A stretch of 64,000 nucleotides of DNA from the NCBI GenBank assembly GCA_048497915.1, contig JBEHYZ010000003.1, positions 4,299 through 68,298 on the forward strand, written 5' to 3'. A program made the translations under genes and the position numbers. Shown here one piece after another: positions 1-9,440 of this stretch; within the stretch, counting starts at the first letter, position 1; the number at the start of each line of letters is the position of its first letter. Below the pieces are notes generated by a model that worked only from the letters and a program-made list of their open reading frames with translations, made no database searches and had not been told where the DNA came from. Source of the stretch: Pseudomonadota bacterium. GTDB lineage: Bacteria; Pseudomonadota; Alphaproteobacteria; Caulobacterales; Caulobacteraceae.

Positions 1-2
1 TC

Positions 3-773
3 CAGATGTCGCCGTCACAGTCGCTGGAAACCTATCAGCTGAACGCGATCAATCCGACACCGGACATCGCTGGTCTGAAATCAATCCTGCCGCGCCTGCT
101 GGCCTTGCCAGCCGATGCGACGACCGAAGCCCAGCGCAGCCGCTGGACGGACGTCCTGGGCGATCTTCCGCCCATTCCGACCGGCACCACGACGGTGGAA
201 GGCAAGACACCGCCGTTCGGCCAGGGTGACAAGGCCGGTAAGCCGGTCATTCTGCCTGCGGAGCGTTATGGCAGCACGGGCAATGGCGAAAATCCCGAGC
301 TTTATGTTGCCTTCCCGTATCGCCTTTATGGTGTCGGTAAACCGGATCTCGACCTAGCCCGCAACACCTTCGCGGCGCGCAAGTTCCCGCAGGCCACCTG
401 CTGGGGCCAGGACGGCACGCAGTCGGCCGTGCTGGGCCTGACCGATGTGGCGCAGAAATCCGTGACATCCGAGTTCACCAATTATGGGGAGCAGCGTTTC
501 AAGTGGTTCTGGAAGGCCGCCCATGACTGGATTCCCGACCTGGATAACGGCGGCTCCGGCATGATCACCCTGCAGCTGATGCTGCTCCAGGCCGACGACA
601 AGCGCATCCAGTTGACGCCGGCCTGGCCAGCCGACTGGACGGCGGACTTCAAGCTGCGCGCGCCGTATAAGACGACCGTCTCCGGCCATGTCGAAAAAGG
701 CAAGCTGACCCGTCTGGAGGTTTTCCCGAAGGAACGGGCCAAGGACGTTGTCGTCGTGCCGCCGGCACAGTAA
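3..773 (+). CDS. C-terminal part of a glycoside hydrolase (GH95-like / DUF5703-associated), 5'-truncated by the window edge
   Basis: Frame is open from the window start. Motifs ENPELYVAFPY, DWIPDLDNGG-(x)-LQLMLLQ and PAWPxDW-(x)-FKLRAP resemble the C-termini of (alpha/alpha)6 GH95-like enzymes. Stop TAA at 771-773. Confidence 0.6.
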   Translation, partial: QMSPSQSLETYQLNAINPTPDIAGLKSILPRLLALPADATTEAQRSRWTDVLGDLPPIPTGTTTVEGKTPPFGQGDKAGKPVILPAERYGSTGNGENPELYVAFPYRLYGVGKPDLDLARNTFAARKFPQATCWGQDGTQSAVLGLTDVAQKSVTSEFTNYGEQRFKWFWKAAHDWIPDLDNGGSGMITLQLMLLQADDKRIQLTPAWPADWTADFKLRAPYKTTVSGHVEKGKLTRLEVFPKERAKDVVVVPPAQ

Positions 774-786
774 GCCGAAAACGCGC

Positions 787-2217
787 CTAATCGCCGAGCC
801 TGATCTCGGTTAGCCGCAAGGTCGCGCCGTCGCGTGTGAATGGCACGCCGGTCGCAGTAAAGAGGCGCTCCCAAAACGCCTTCGGATCGTCGACGCCGTT
901 GTCGATGAACGCCCGCACCTCCTGGCTCAGATCGGCGGAGGCGACGTCGGCAAACTGGCCGAGCCAGAGCGCTTCCGTGACCGTTCCGGTGGCTCGGCCC
1001 GCATCGATCAGCCGCCGCTGGAAGCTGAACCCGTCGGCGTGCGTGTCGTGCCGGCGGCTGGCGCTCTCGGCCGCCAGGGCGAGAATGGCGCCGCAGGCAT
1101 AGGCGCCTTTGCTTTTTCCGCGCGCCTCAGCCGTCGCCAGTGCTTCGCCCGGGCCATCGAGCGCCAGGCACTGGTCCAGTTCGTCCTGCAGCCTGGGGCG
1201 GGGATCGAAAGCTGCGTCGAGTACCTGAAGCGAGGCCACCGCCAGGAAGTCCGCGCCGCCTTCGCTTATCCAGGCGTCCTCGCGCCGGGTGAGGCGGACG
1301 GCCTGGCCCATCCAGAAATGCGACGCTTCGTGGGCATAGAACAGCTGCAGTGCGCGGGTGACGGCTGGGTCCGCCGACAATATCTTCTTGCCGGACAGGC
1401 CTATCGCCATCACACCGCCGCCGTCGACCACGCCGCCGCTCAGCGAATAGCCGTTCCGCTCGGCGCCCTCCCAGGCCATCAGCACCATGGGCCGGGCAAC
1501 CGCGGGCTTGCCCAGCCGCGTGGCGTAAAGGCGCATCAGGTCCGGCGCCAGCGTGTCCAGGTTGTCCCGCACCCAGCCGGGGAGCGCGGGATCGACCACC
1601 TGCGCCATATAGGGTGTGCTGGCGGGTGCGATCGCCCCGGCATAGAGGTAGGTGCCGTTGGTGTCGGTAATCGGCATCTCCGCCGTGCCGGTCGTGGCCT
1701 GGCCGTTCAGCCGCAGGCTCTGGTGGGGGGCGGAAACCCGGAGCGTCTGCGCGACCTGGCCACTTTCGATGTCCGCCGGGCCGTCGGCGTCCGGCACGGC
1801 TGTCATCGGCGACACCGCCAGATGGCCGGTGTAGAACGCGGCGGCGCCGTCCGAAAACAGCAGCCACGGTTTGTAATCGCTGTCCAGCGGCCGAGCGAAT
1901 GGGACGATCCTGAACCGGACGTAGCGGATGGGACGTTTGTCGGCCCGGTAGAAGACGTCGTGCCGGCCGATATGCGCGAATGTCACACCGGGTGTTTCGA
2001 CGATGAAGCTGACGGCCCGCCAATGCACCTTGTCAAGGCTGTCCCTGACCCGGCGAAACTCCCAGACGGCGGACGGCTGCGCGAAGGTGTAGTCGACGAC
2101 CCAGCCGGTCTTTTCGTGGGAAAGCCTGGTCTTTACGGCCGGTTCGGCGGTCGATGCCGCGCCGGGGACAAGGAGTGCAGCCGCCAGAAGAAAGAGGCGC
2201 AGAACGGGGACTGTCAC
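787..2217 (-). CDS. Secreted gluzincin-type metallopeptidase (M1/M61-like)
   Basis: N-terminal signal peptide. HEASH (HExxH) is followed ~18 aa later by WISEGGADF, which supplies the third Zn ligand (Glu). Confidence 0.65.
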   Translation of the reverse strand: MTVPVLRLFLLAAALLVPGAASTAEPAVKTRLSHEKTGWVVDYTFAQPSAVWEFRRVRDSLDKVHWRAVSFIVETPGVTFAHIGRHDVFYRADKRPIRYVRFRIVPFARPLDSDYKPWLLFSDGAAAFYTGHLAVSPMTAVPDADGPADIESGQVAQTLRVSAPHQSLRLNGQATTGTAEMPITDTNGTYLYAGAIAPASTPYMAQVVDPALPGWVRDNLDTLAPDLMRLYATRLGKPAVARPMVLMAWEGAERNGYSLSGGVVDGGGVMAIGLSGKKILSADPAVTRALQLFYAHEASHFWMGQAVRLTRREDAWISEGGADFLAVASLQVLDAAFDPRPRLQDELDQCLALDGPGEALATAEARGKSKGAYACGAILALAAESASRRHDTHADGFSFQRRLIDAGRATGTVTEALWLGQFADVASADLSQEVRAFIDNGVDDPKAFWERLFTATGVPFTRDGATLRLTEIRLGD

Positions 2218-2313
2218 AGGGGGCTATCCGATCACCACAGACGTCCGGGCGTCATCGCACCGGCCTGTTCGCCTGGCAGCTGACCACAAAGACCATCGGC
2301 GATCAAGCCGCGC

Positions 2314-3246
2314 CTACTGCCCGGCGTACTGGCTGAGGTTCGAAGGGATGATCAGCTCGTACGGCACCCAGTCGTAAAGCTCGGCATATTGCTTGCCGGC
2401 GAATTTCTTGGCGTCGTCCAGCGCATGCACCGCCTGGGCGTTGGCGTTTTGCAGCAGGCTGAGGGTCATGTAACCGCCGCGCATGGCTTCGAGCGCATCG
2501 GACGTGCCGTCGACGCCGGCGACCAGCACCTTGCCGGGTGGGATCTTGGCCTTTTGCAGGGCGGCGATGGCGCCGATGGCCATCTCGTCGTTATTGGCCA
2601 GGATGGCGTTGATCGGCTTACCCTTTTGCAGCCACTCCGTCACCAGCCGTTCGCCTTCCTCGCGCTTCCAGCTGCCGGTGGCTTCCTCGATGACGGTGAT
2701 GCCGAAGCGCTGGCTGAGGATTTCCTTGACGCCCTGGGTGCGTTGGGCGGCGGCGGGGTGGCCGTCTTCGCCGCGCAGGATGACGACATTGCCGGAATTG
2801 CCGATGCGTTCGGCGATCAGCCGGGCCTGCAGCCGTCCGGCGACCAGATCATTGGACGAGACGATCGCCACCGGCCCGGAAAAGCGGTCGATCGGCGGCA
2901 GGCGGTTGAGGTATACCAATGGCGTGCCGGACTTGCCGGTAACGTCCGCTACGGCCTTGGCGGTGTCGCCATTGACCGATAGGATGATGATGGCGGCGGC
3001 GTGGTCGGCGATGGCGCTCTTGACCTGGCTGAGCTGCTTGGCCGGATCGTTGTCGGCGACCGTGACGGTGACGTCGAGGTCGGGGTCCTTGGCGGCTTCG
3101 GCGATGATCTGGTCGCGCAGGATGCCGAGGAACTTGTCGGTCTTGGCCATGCTGACGAAGATCTTGGTGCGGGCGGTAGCCGGTTCGGCCGCCAGCGGCA
3201 GGACCAGGATCGCCAGGGAAAACAGAAGTGCCTTTTTCATAGCCAT
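2314..3246 (-). CDS. Periplasmic sugar-binding protein (RbsB/inositol-binding-like, PBP type 1)
   Basis: Signal peptide; motifs DPAKQ, YLNR, ANNDEMAIGA, GVDG. Confidence 0.85.
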   Translation of the reverse strand: MAMKKALLFSLAILVLPLAAEPATARTKIFVSMAKTDKFLGILRDQIIAEAAKDPDLDVTVTVADNDPAKQLSQVKSAIADHAAAIIILSVNGDTAKAVADVTGKSGTPLVYLNRLPPIDRFSGPVAIVSSNDLVAGRLQARLIAERIGNSGNVVILRGEDGHPAAAQRTQGVKEILSQRFGITVIEEATGSWKREEGERLVTEWLQKGKPINAILANNDEMAIGAIAALQKAKIPPGKVLVAGVDGTSDALEAMRGGYMTLSLLQNANAQAVHALDDAKKFAGKQYAELYDWVPYELIIPSNLSQYAGQ

Positions 3247-3252
3247 TCTCCC

Positions 3253-4941
3253 TTATGCCGCTCGAACTCTATCAAGAAACCGCCCGACCTCGCCCTTGAG
3301 CTGGTCCGACTGTTGCGCCAGGGCCTGGGCGGCGGTCAGGACGCGGACGGCGCCTTCGCTCGATTCCCTCGCAGCCTGAGTGACGTCGTTGATATTGCGG
3401 GTGACTTCGGCGGTGGTGCGCGAGACTTCGTGGATGTTGCGGGCGATCTCGGCGGTGGTCTGTTCCTGCTGATGGACGGCGTCGCTGATCGCCACGGCGA
3501 TGCCGTTGACCTCAGAAATGGTGCGTTCGATGCCGCCGATCTCGCCGACCGCCTGGACGGTCGAGGCGCGCATCTTGTCGATCGACACGCTGATGGTGGA
3601 GGTCGAGGTGCCGGTCTGGTTGGCCAGGCCCTTGACCTCCGAGGCCACGACCGCGAAGCCCTTGCCGGCGTCGCCGGCGCGCGCCGCCTCGATGGTGGCG
3701 TTGAGGGCCAGGAGATTGGTCTTGGTGGCGATGTCCTGGATGAGGGCGACCACGGACTCGACCTGGGCGGCGTCGCCGCTGAGCGCATCCATGACCGAGC
3801 GGGTGCGCATCGCCTGGTCGACGGCGGTGCCGGCGATGTCGGACGAGCGCGTCACCTGGTCGCCAACCTGCCGGGCCGAGGCCGACAGTTCCTCGATGGC
3901 GGCGGCGACCGAACGGACATTGTCGGCGGCGGCGCGGGCGCCGCTTTCGACCGACAGCGACTGGGCGCTGGTCTGTTCGGCGGCGGCCGACAGGGTCTGG
4001 GCGGAGGCCTGCAGGTCACCGGCGGCGTCGGAGACGGCCTCGATGATGCTGCCGATGGCGCTCTCGAAGTCCCGGGCCAGCTGGTGGACCTCGGTGCGGC
4101 GCTGGCGCTGCATGTCGCGTTCCAGGGCTTCCTGGCTGGCGCGCAGTTCCTCGGTTTCGCGCAGCTTTTCCTTGAAGACACTGAGCGCGCCGGCCATGCC
4201 GCCAATTTCGTCCTGGCGGCCGGTATCGGGCACAGTGACGTCGGTTTCATGGTTGGCCAGGCGCAGCATGACCTGGGTCATGCGCGAGACGGGGGCGCAG
4301 ATGCTGTTGGCCAGCAGCCAGCCGACCAGCACGCAGAACAGGGTAAGCGAGCCCATGGCCAGCATGATCCACATCCGGGCAGAGGCGTTGACGCGGGCGG
4401 CTTCGACAGCGGCGGCGTGGGCCTGCTGCTGGCGGAAGGTCTGGACCTGGCGGACGGCGGCAAAGAAGGCGGTGCGTTCGATGTTGAGGTCTTCAACCAG
4501 CACCTTGCCCGCTTCGTCCTTCAGTCCGGCGCGGTCGAGATCGGTGACTTCCTCCTGCACGGCCAGGAAATGCTGCCAGGCCTTGCGCAGGCTGTCGGCC
4601 AACTGGCTTTCGGTGCCGGGCGCGACCATGAGGTTGTACTGGCTCCATGACTTGGAAAAGGCGCGACGGGTTTCGCTGGCCTCGGCGGCGAAACCGTCAC
4701 GGGCGCCGATGTCGGCGGCATTGTGCTCGAGGAAGGACAGGATGCTCAGGGTCTGGCTGGTACGGGCCAGGTCGCCCAGCACGGACACAGCCTCGATCTC
4801 GCGCTCCAGCCGGTGGCCGATCGCGGCGACTTCGTTGAGCTTCCAGATGGAAAAGGCGCCGGTCGCCACCGACACAATCATGAGAATGCCGAACGCGGCC
4901 GCGAAACGGCCGCGAATGGACTGGGTCAAAGCCCTGATCAT
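3253..4941 (-). CDS. Methyl-accepting chemotaxis protein (4HB sensor, HAMP, signalling domain)
   Basis: Two TM helices, HAMP (DEIGGMA) and hairpin motif [34 protein letters not shown]. Start placed at ATG 4941 behind AAGGAGG. Confidence 0.92.
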   Translation of the reverse strand: MIRALTQSIRGRFAAAFGILMIVSVATGAFSIWKLNEVAAIGHRLEREIEAVSVLGDLARTSQTLSILSFLEHNAADIGARDGFAAEASETRRAFSKSWSQYNLMVAPGTESQLADSLRKAWQHFLAVQEEVTDLDRAGLKDEAGKVLVEDLNIERTAFFAAVRQVQTFRQQQAHAAAVEAARVNASARMWIMLAMGSLTLFCVLVGWLLANSICAPVSRMTQVMLRLANHETDVTVPDTGRQDEIGGMAGALSVFKEKLRETEELRASQEALERDMQRQRRTEVHQLARDFESAIGSIIEAVSDAAGDLQASAQTLSAAAEQTSAQSLSVESGARAAADNVRSVAAAIEELSASARQVGDQVTRSSDIAGTAVDQAMRTRSVMDALSGDAAQVESVVALIQDIATKTNLLALNATIEAARAGDAGKGFAVVASEVKGLANQTGTSTSTISVSIDKMRASTVQAVGEIGGIERTISEVNGIAVAISDAVHQQEQTTAEIARNIHEVSRTTAEVTRNINDVTQAARESSEGAVRVLTAAQALAQQSDQLKGEVGRFLDRVRAA

Positions 4942-5054
4942 TTCCGCCTCCTTGCCTCCTTTTGGCGGAGGCTTGGTCATGAGAGTGCGGCGGAAACGAT
5001 AAGACAGGGTTAACATGGCTTTGACGGCCGGGCGACTTGTGGTGTCATGGCGGT

Positions 5055-5582
5055 ATGCTGGATTTCGACCTTTTCCGCCGTTACGAGGCGCGCTTTCCCG
5101 ACGAGCGTGACACGATTGCGCGCGGCCTGGCGCAATTGAGCCAGGTGCCGGATGTGCTGGCGCGGTCGAGTTTTCCCGGCCATGTCACCGCCTCGGTCAT
5201 CATCCCGCAGGGCGACTGCCTGCTGACCGTGTGGCATCCGCTGTTGCAGCAATGGCTACAGCCCGGCGGCCATGTCGATCCCGGCGAGACGGTGCTGGAA
5301 GCGGCCCTGCGTGAGGCCGAGGAAGAGACCGGCTTTATCTGTGAGGTAATGCAGGACGACGACCTGCCGTTCGATATCGACTGCTTATACGTGCCTCCGA
5401 ACCCGAAGAAGGGCGAGCCCGAGCACTGGCATATCGATTTCCGCTATCTGATGCGGCCGCTGCGGCGGGCGGGTGAGCCGGAGCTGCCGACCGCCTGCAT
5501 TCCGCTGACCAGCCTGGGCGCCATGACGCCGTCGCTTGACCGGCTGGCGGTCAAAATGCAGGCGCTGCTTTTACTGGCCTAA
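5055..5582 (+). CDS. NUDIX hydrolase
   Basis: Nudix box [23 protein letters not shown]; GHVTAS and HWHIDFRY motifs. Confidence 0.88.
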   Translation: MLDFDLFRRYEARFPDERDTIARGLAQLSQVPDVLARSSFPGHVTASVIIPQGDCLLTVWHPLLQQWLQPGGHVDPGETVLEAALREAEEETGFICEVMQDDDLPFDIDCLYVPPNPKKGEPEHWHIDFRYLMRPLRRAGEPELPTACIPLTSLGAMTPSLDRLAVKMQALLLLA

Positions 5583-5595
5583 AGGAGACAGGACC

Positions 5596-6030
5596 ATGGC
5601 AGTCCGTCGGATGGATAATGTCGGCATCGTTGTCGAAGACCTTGGCGGCGCGATCGCGTTCTTTGAGGAACTCGGCCTTGAGCTGGAGGGGCGGGCCATG
5701 ATCGAAGGCGAGTGGGCCGGGCGGGTGACCGGACTGGGCGACCAGCACGTCGAGATCGCCATGATGCGCACGCCCGACGGCCACAGCCGGCTGGAGCTGT
5801 CGCGTTTCCTCAGGCCGGCAGTCGTGGCCGACCACCGCACGGCGCCAGTCAACGCCCTGGGCTACCTGCGCGTCATGTTCGCCGTCGACGATATCGACGA
5901 CACCGTGGCAAGGCTGCGCGCACGCGGCGCGGAGCTGGCCGGTGACATCGTCGATTATCAGGGCATCTACCGGCTGTGCTATATCCGCGGGCCGGAAGGC
6001 ATACTCATCGGACTGGCCCAGGAGCTCTGA
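5596..6030 (+). CDS. VOC / glyoxalase-bleomycin-resistance family protein
   Basis: MDNVGIVV...GPEGILIGLAQ pattern; RBS AAAGGAG upstream of ATG 5596. Confidence 0.85.
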   Translation: MAVRRMDNVGIVVEDLGGAIAFFEELGLELEGRAMIEGEWAGRVTGLGDQHVEIAMMRTPDGHSRLELSRFLRPAVVADHRTAPVNALGYLRVMFAVDDIDDTVARLRARGAELAGDIVDYQGIYRLCYIRGPEGILIGLAQEL

Positions 6031-6035
6031 TCAGC

Positions 6036-6090
6036 TTTGTCGCGTTTTTTGTCCGAAAACCGCGTCACACTTTTCGGAAAACGCTCTAGA
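6036..6090. repeat. Intergenic palindromic repeat, family A (BRU-RS/CIR-like), copy 1
   Basis: TGTCGCG-T-rich-CCGAAAAC...CACACTTTTCGGAAAACGCTCTAG. Shares blocks with the copies at 40484 and 56839. Confidence 0.7.
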
Positions 6091-7492
6091 AGCTGACCTC
6101 GATCACCGTGCGGCGGTTGGCCGGCTTCGGCACGCCGTTACGGGTCGGCACGGCTAGTTCGTTTTCGCCCCTGCCGCTGACCGTGATGGCTTCATCCGGC
6201 ACGCCCTCGGCCTTGAGCCCGCTGGCGACCGCATTGGCGCGGCGCTTCGACAGGATCATGTTGTAGGCGGCCGAACCCGAGGTGTCGGTATAGCCGGTGA
6301 CGGCCACCTTGGGCGACGGCGCCTGCTTGGCGTACTGGGCAGCTTCGACGACGACCACGTGGGCGGCATCGTTCAGGCGCGAGCTGTTGAACGGGAAGTA
6401 GACCGTAAATTCGCGCACTTCCGGGATGGCGTTGAGCGGCGGGTTGGCTGTGCTTGCCGTGTTGGTCGCATCGCTGGCGGGCGCGGCCGGGGGCGGGACG
6501 GCCGGAGAGGACTCCGGAGCGCTCGCCGTGGTGTCGGAGACGGCGATGGCGCCTGGCGCCGCGCTCGGCGCGGGCAGCGGAACCGCAGGGGTGGCGGCAG
6601 CCTGGGCGGACGTCTTTTCCGCCTTGCCGCCGAACGGCCACAGGCGGTCCCACAGCGGCGCCTTTTCGGCCTTCGCCACCTTGGGCGCGGGCGGTGGTGG
6701 CGGATTGTCGGCGATCGGGGTGCGTGGCGAGGCGCCGAAGGTATAGCGCAGGCCGACCGTCAGGGTCTGGTTGTTGAAGTCGCCCTTGGCCTTGGCGGTA
6801 TAGTTGTCTGTAACCGTGTTGGCGCCCAGCGTATATTTGTCGGCGACGGTGACATTATAGGTCGCCGAGCCGGTGCGCATGTAGCGGTAGGTCATGTCGA
6901 GGCGGAGGTGGTCGGCGACGTACCAGCTGGCGCCCGCCAGCACCTGCGAGGCGGGGACGGACTGCGACGAAGTAATGGTATAGAGGCGCGAATGGCCGCC
7001 GCTGGCGACCGTCGAGTTATAGCTGGTCTTGGCCTGGAGAACGCCGGCGCCAACGCCGATATAGGGGTGGATGCCCCAGTCCGGACCGATGTCGTAGATC
7101 AGGTTGGCCATGGCCGAGCTGCGGCCGACCGAGCCGATGTTGGAATTCTGTTCGCCGGCCATGCCCTGGTTCAGCTTGGCCTGACGGCTGCCGACTTCGA
7201 ATTCGGCGCGCAGGTTGCGCGTGAAACGGTATCCGCCGCGCAGCGTTCCGGCCAGACCGTAGTCGATCTTCATCGACGAGGTGGCGCCGAGCGGCGCAAC
7301 GGAACTCGCCGTGGCGGTGCCGCTCAGGGTCACGTCGGTGATGTCGAGCGATTGCGACACGCGCGGCGTCTGGCCCAGATCAGCAGCGGCATACCAGCCG
7401 ATCGCCGTATCGGCAAAGGCGGCCGGAGCGCCCACGACGCCCGCCAGAGTCACGGCGGTACCCGCCAGGAGCTTAATACGAAGACCCGCCAT
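6086..7492 (-). CDS. OmpA-family outer membrane protein (N-terminal beta-barrel, Pro/Ala linker, peptidoglycan-binding OmpA C-domain)
   Basis: Signal peptide; barrel strands (HPYIGVGAG, GLRYTFG); VYFPFNSS, GYTDTSG, LSKRRANAV, NRRTVI. Confidence 0.9.
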   Translation of the reverse strand: MAGLRIKLLAGTAVTLAGVVGAPAAFADTAIGWYAAADLGQTPRVSQSLDITDVTLSGTATASSVAPLGATSSMKIDYGLAGTLRGGYRFTRNLRAEFEVGSRQAKLNQGMAGEQNSNIGSVGRSSAMANLIYDIGPDWGIHPYIGVGAGVLQAKTSYNSTVASGGHSRLYTITSSQSVPASQVLAGASWYVADHLRLDMTYRYMRTGSATYNVTVADKYTLGANTVTDNYTAKAKGDFNNQTLTVGLRYTFGASPRTPIADNPPPPPAPKVAKAEKAPLWDRLWPFGGKAEKTSAQAAATPAVPLPAPSAAPGAIAVSDTTASAPESSPAVPPPAAPASDATNTASTANPPLNAIPEVREFTVYFPFNSSRLNDAAHVVVVEAAQYAKQAPSPKVAVTGYTDTSGSAAYNMILSKRRANAVASGLKAEGVPDEAITVSGRGENELAVPTRNGVPKPANRRTVIEVSF

Positions 7493-7699
7493 TCTGCGGT
7501 TTCCCCCAAAGATTTGGTCAATTTGCCGGTTACCTTAGCAGGAACCGGGCCAAATGGCACTGTTTTGCCTACGATTTTGCGATATGCGCATATAGCGCGG
7601 CAAATATGTGCCGCTTGCCCCTCAGGGGGGTAGGCGCACGGGTTCGTATCGTGCGCCTACACTTGTCAGGCTAATTGCGTTCTGAAATGGGCCGGTTTG

Positions 7700-8491
7700 T
7701 TACTTTTGACCCTGCTTCTGCTTGACCTCGTCCTCGCCAGCGGCCTTGCGGTCCTCTTCGTTGAACTGGACCGGCGCGGGGGCTGAGGCGGTTGAATTGT
7801 AGTAGTCGGCGCTTTTTTTGGCGAGGCGCTGCATGGTCGATTTCATGCCGGACTTGCCGACCGCCATGGTCTGGGAGGATGAGACGCCGACCCCTTTGGC
7901 GTCGCTGAACTTGGCGAATTCGGCGCCGAGGAAAACGACTTCCCAGCCGCGGGCGCGGGCCCGGTCGAGCGCCGCCTTTGCCCCGGCCTGGGTGACCTCG
8001 CGGCTGGCGTTTTCCTCGCCGTCGGTCATGATGACGATGACAGCCTTCTTGGGGTTGTCCTTCTCCGCCACCGCCATCAGCCGGCCAATGGCGTCATAGA
8101 GCGGCGTCATGCCGCGCGGGCTGGCCTCGGCATTGGTAACGTCCTTCCAGTCGGTGGCCAGGGCGTGGTCGCGCAGCACGTCGAATTGCAGGCCGTCCTG
8201 GGCGTCGAACACGGCCAGAGTCACCGGCGTCTTCGCCGCATCGGGCGAGTGGCCGAGATCCTCGGCATAGGCGTTGACCGAGCTCAGCGCCTCGGTCCAC
8301 ATGCCCTGCATCGAGCCGGTGCGGTCGAGCAGGATGTAGGTGTTGACGCTGCGGGCAGGCACGCAGAGCTTGTGATCTTCCGGCGTAGTGGCGCAGCGAC
8401 TGGCCGGTGGGGCCGCGGTCGTTGCAAAGGCGGGCGCGCTGACCAGGATGGCAGCGGCTGCAAGCACGGCAAACGAAGTTGAAGTACGCAC
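7700..8491 (-). CDS. Secreted von Willebrand factor type A domain protein
   Basis: MIDAS motif DRTGS, TPLYDA and IMTDGEEN; signal peptide. Confidence 0.8.
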   Translation of the reverse strand: MRTSTSFAVLAAAAILVSAPAFATTAAPPASRCATTPEDHKLCVPARSVNTYILLDRTGSMQGMWTEALSSVNAYAEDLGHSPDAAKTPVTLAVFDAQDGLQFDVLRDHALATDWKDVTNAEASPRGMTPLYDAIGRLMAVAEKDNPKKAVIVIMTDGEENASREVTQAGAKAALDRARARGWEVVFLGAEFAKFSDAKGVGVSSSQTMAVGKSGMKSTMQRLAKKSADYYNSTASAPAPVQFNEEDRKAAGEDEVKQKQGQK

Positions 8492-8709
8492 GAAAACCTC
8501 CTCAAAAGGGTTCCGCGGGCCGGGCGTTTCCGATGTGCGTTGCGCTCCCCCGCGCCCCTAAGAGAGCGCCTGCCTTGCGTCGGACGTTTGTTCAAATAAC
8601 GGCGTTCCGTCTACATTTTGGCGTCCAAAATGTGTCGAAGAATCACGAAGCGTTGCCGGCTACCCATCTATCGCCCATGCGCTATGGATCGGCCAGCGGA
8701 GGATGCATT

Positions 8710-9108
8710 ATGAACAATACCAAGAGCTTCAGCGTCATCGCGCGGCTGAAGAGCTTCGGCTATGCCTTCCAGGGCCTGGCCTTCATGCTCCGGACCCAGC
8801 ACAACGCGTGGCTGCATCTGGCGGCCAGCATAATCGTTATCGGCGCCGGGTTTTTCCTGCGCATCACCCATGACGACTGGCGGTGGTTGATCGTGGCCAT
8901 GGGCTTGGTGTGGATGGCTGAAACCTTCAATACCGCCGTTGAATATGTCTGCGATACCGTGTCGCCCGGCTACTCGGAAACGGTCAAGTGCGCCAAGGAC
9001 ATTGCCGCCGGTGCGGTGCTGATCTGCGTGGTCGCGGCAGCGGTCATCGGGGTGATTACTTTGTGGCCCTACGTCTTCGTGCCGCAGCCGGTGCGCACGG
9101 ATTTGTGA
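8710..9108 (+). CDS. dgkA: Prokaryotic diacylglycerol/undecaprenol kinase
   Basis: SFGYAFQGL, ETFNTAVEYVCD and AKDIAAGAVL; three TM helices. Confidence 0.85.
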   Translation: MNNTKSFSVIARLKSFGYAFQGLAFMLRTQHNAWLHLAASIIVIGAGFFLRITHDDWRWLIVAMGLVWMAETFNTAVEYVCDTVSPGYSETVKCAKDIAAGAVLICVVAAAVIGVITLWPYVFVPQPVRTDL

Positions 9109-9174
9109 GTGGTTCGGGAGCGTCTTTTTTGTTATGTTTTGGCTACGGGAATTGCCCGTATTAAATCCTCGGAC

Positions 9175-9303
9175 TCTTGTCTCGAGGCGACCCGATGCCA
9201 GAGCAATGTGCCCTAGCCAATCAAGGCTAACGGGATAACCCACTTAAGCTGACGCATCATTATGAACGGCCCTCTGAGCAATCAGAGGGCCTTCGTTCAT
9301 TTC
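9175..9303 (+). ncRNA. Candidate small RNA ending in an intrinsic terminator
   Basis: Non-coding gap with the hairpin TAGCC-aatcaa-GGCTA, a GGGATAACCC stem and a strong terminal stem. Family not verified and the 5' end is approximate. Confidence 0.35.
9262..9303. terminator. Stem-loop, probably a bidirectional terminator between dgkA/sRNA and recQ
   Basis: ATGAACG-GCCCTCTGA-gcaa-TCAGAGGGC-cttCGTTCAT. Confidence 0.65.
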
Positions 9304-9421
9304 TGACGCCGCTGGTGGTCTGCAAATGCCCGTCTTTCTGCGCGCGCTTGCTCATGTACAAGAGTACACTTCGCTTCACGTGCTCGAAAGCCAGACATTT
9401 TCGCCGCACCATCGACGCCAG
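9303..9421. repeat. Palindromic repeat, family B (RPE-like), copy 1
   Basis: Shares the blocks CTGCAAA, CTTTCTGCGC, TGCTCAyGT, AGTACrCTyCGCT, GCTCGAAAGCCAGA and TTTTCGCCGCACC with 34152-34260. Confidence 0.75.
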
Positions 9422-9440
9422 GCCGCTTGGAGTTTAGGCT

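Noticed and set aside
7582-7614. Palindromes ATATGCGCATAT and GCGGCA-N6-TGCCGC upstream of the OmpA-family gene
   Set aside because: They could be regulator sites, but they are short and cannot be assigned to a factor from sequence alone.
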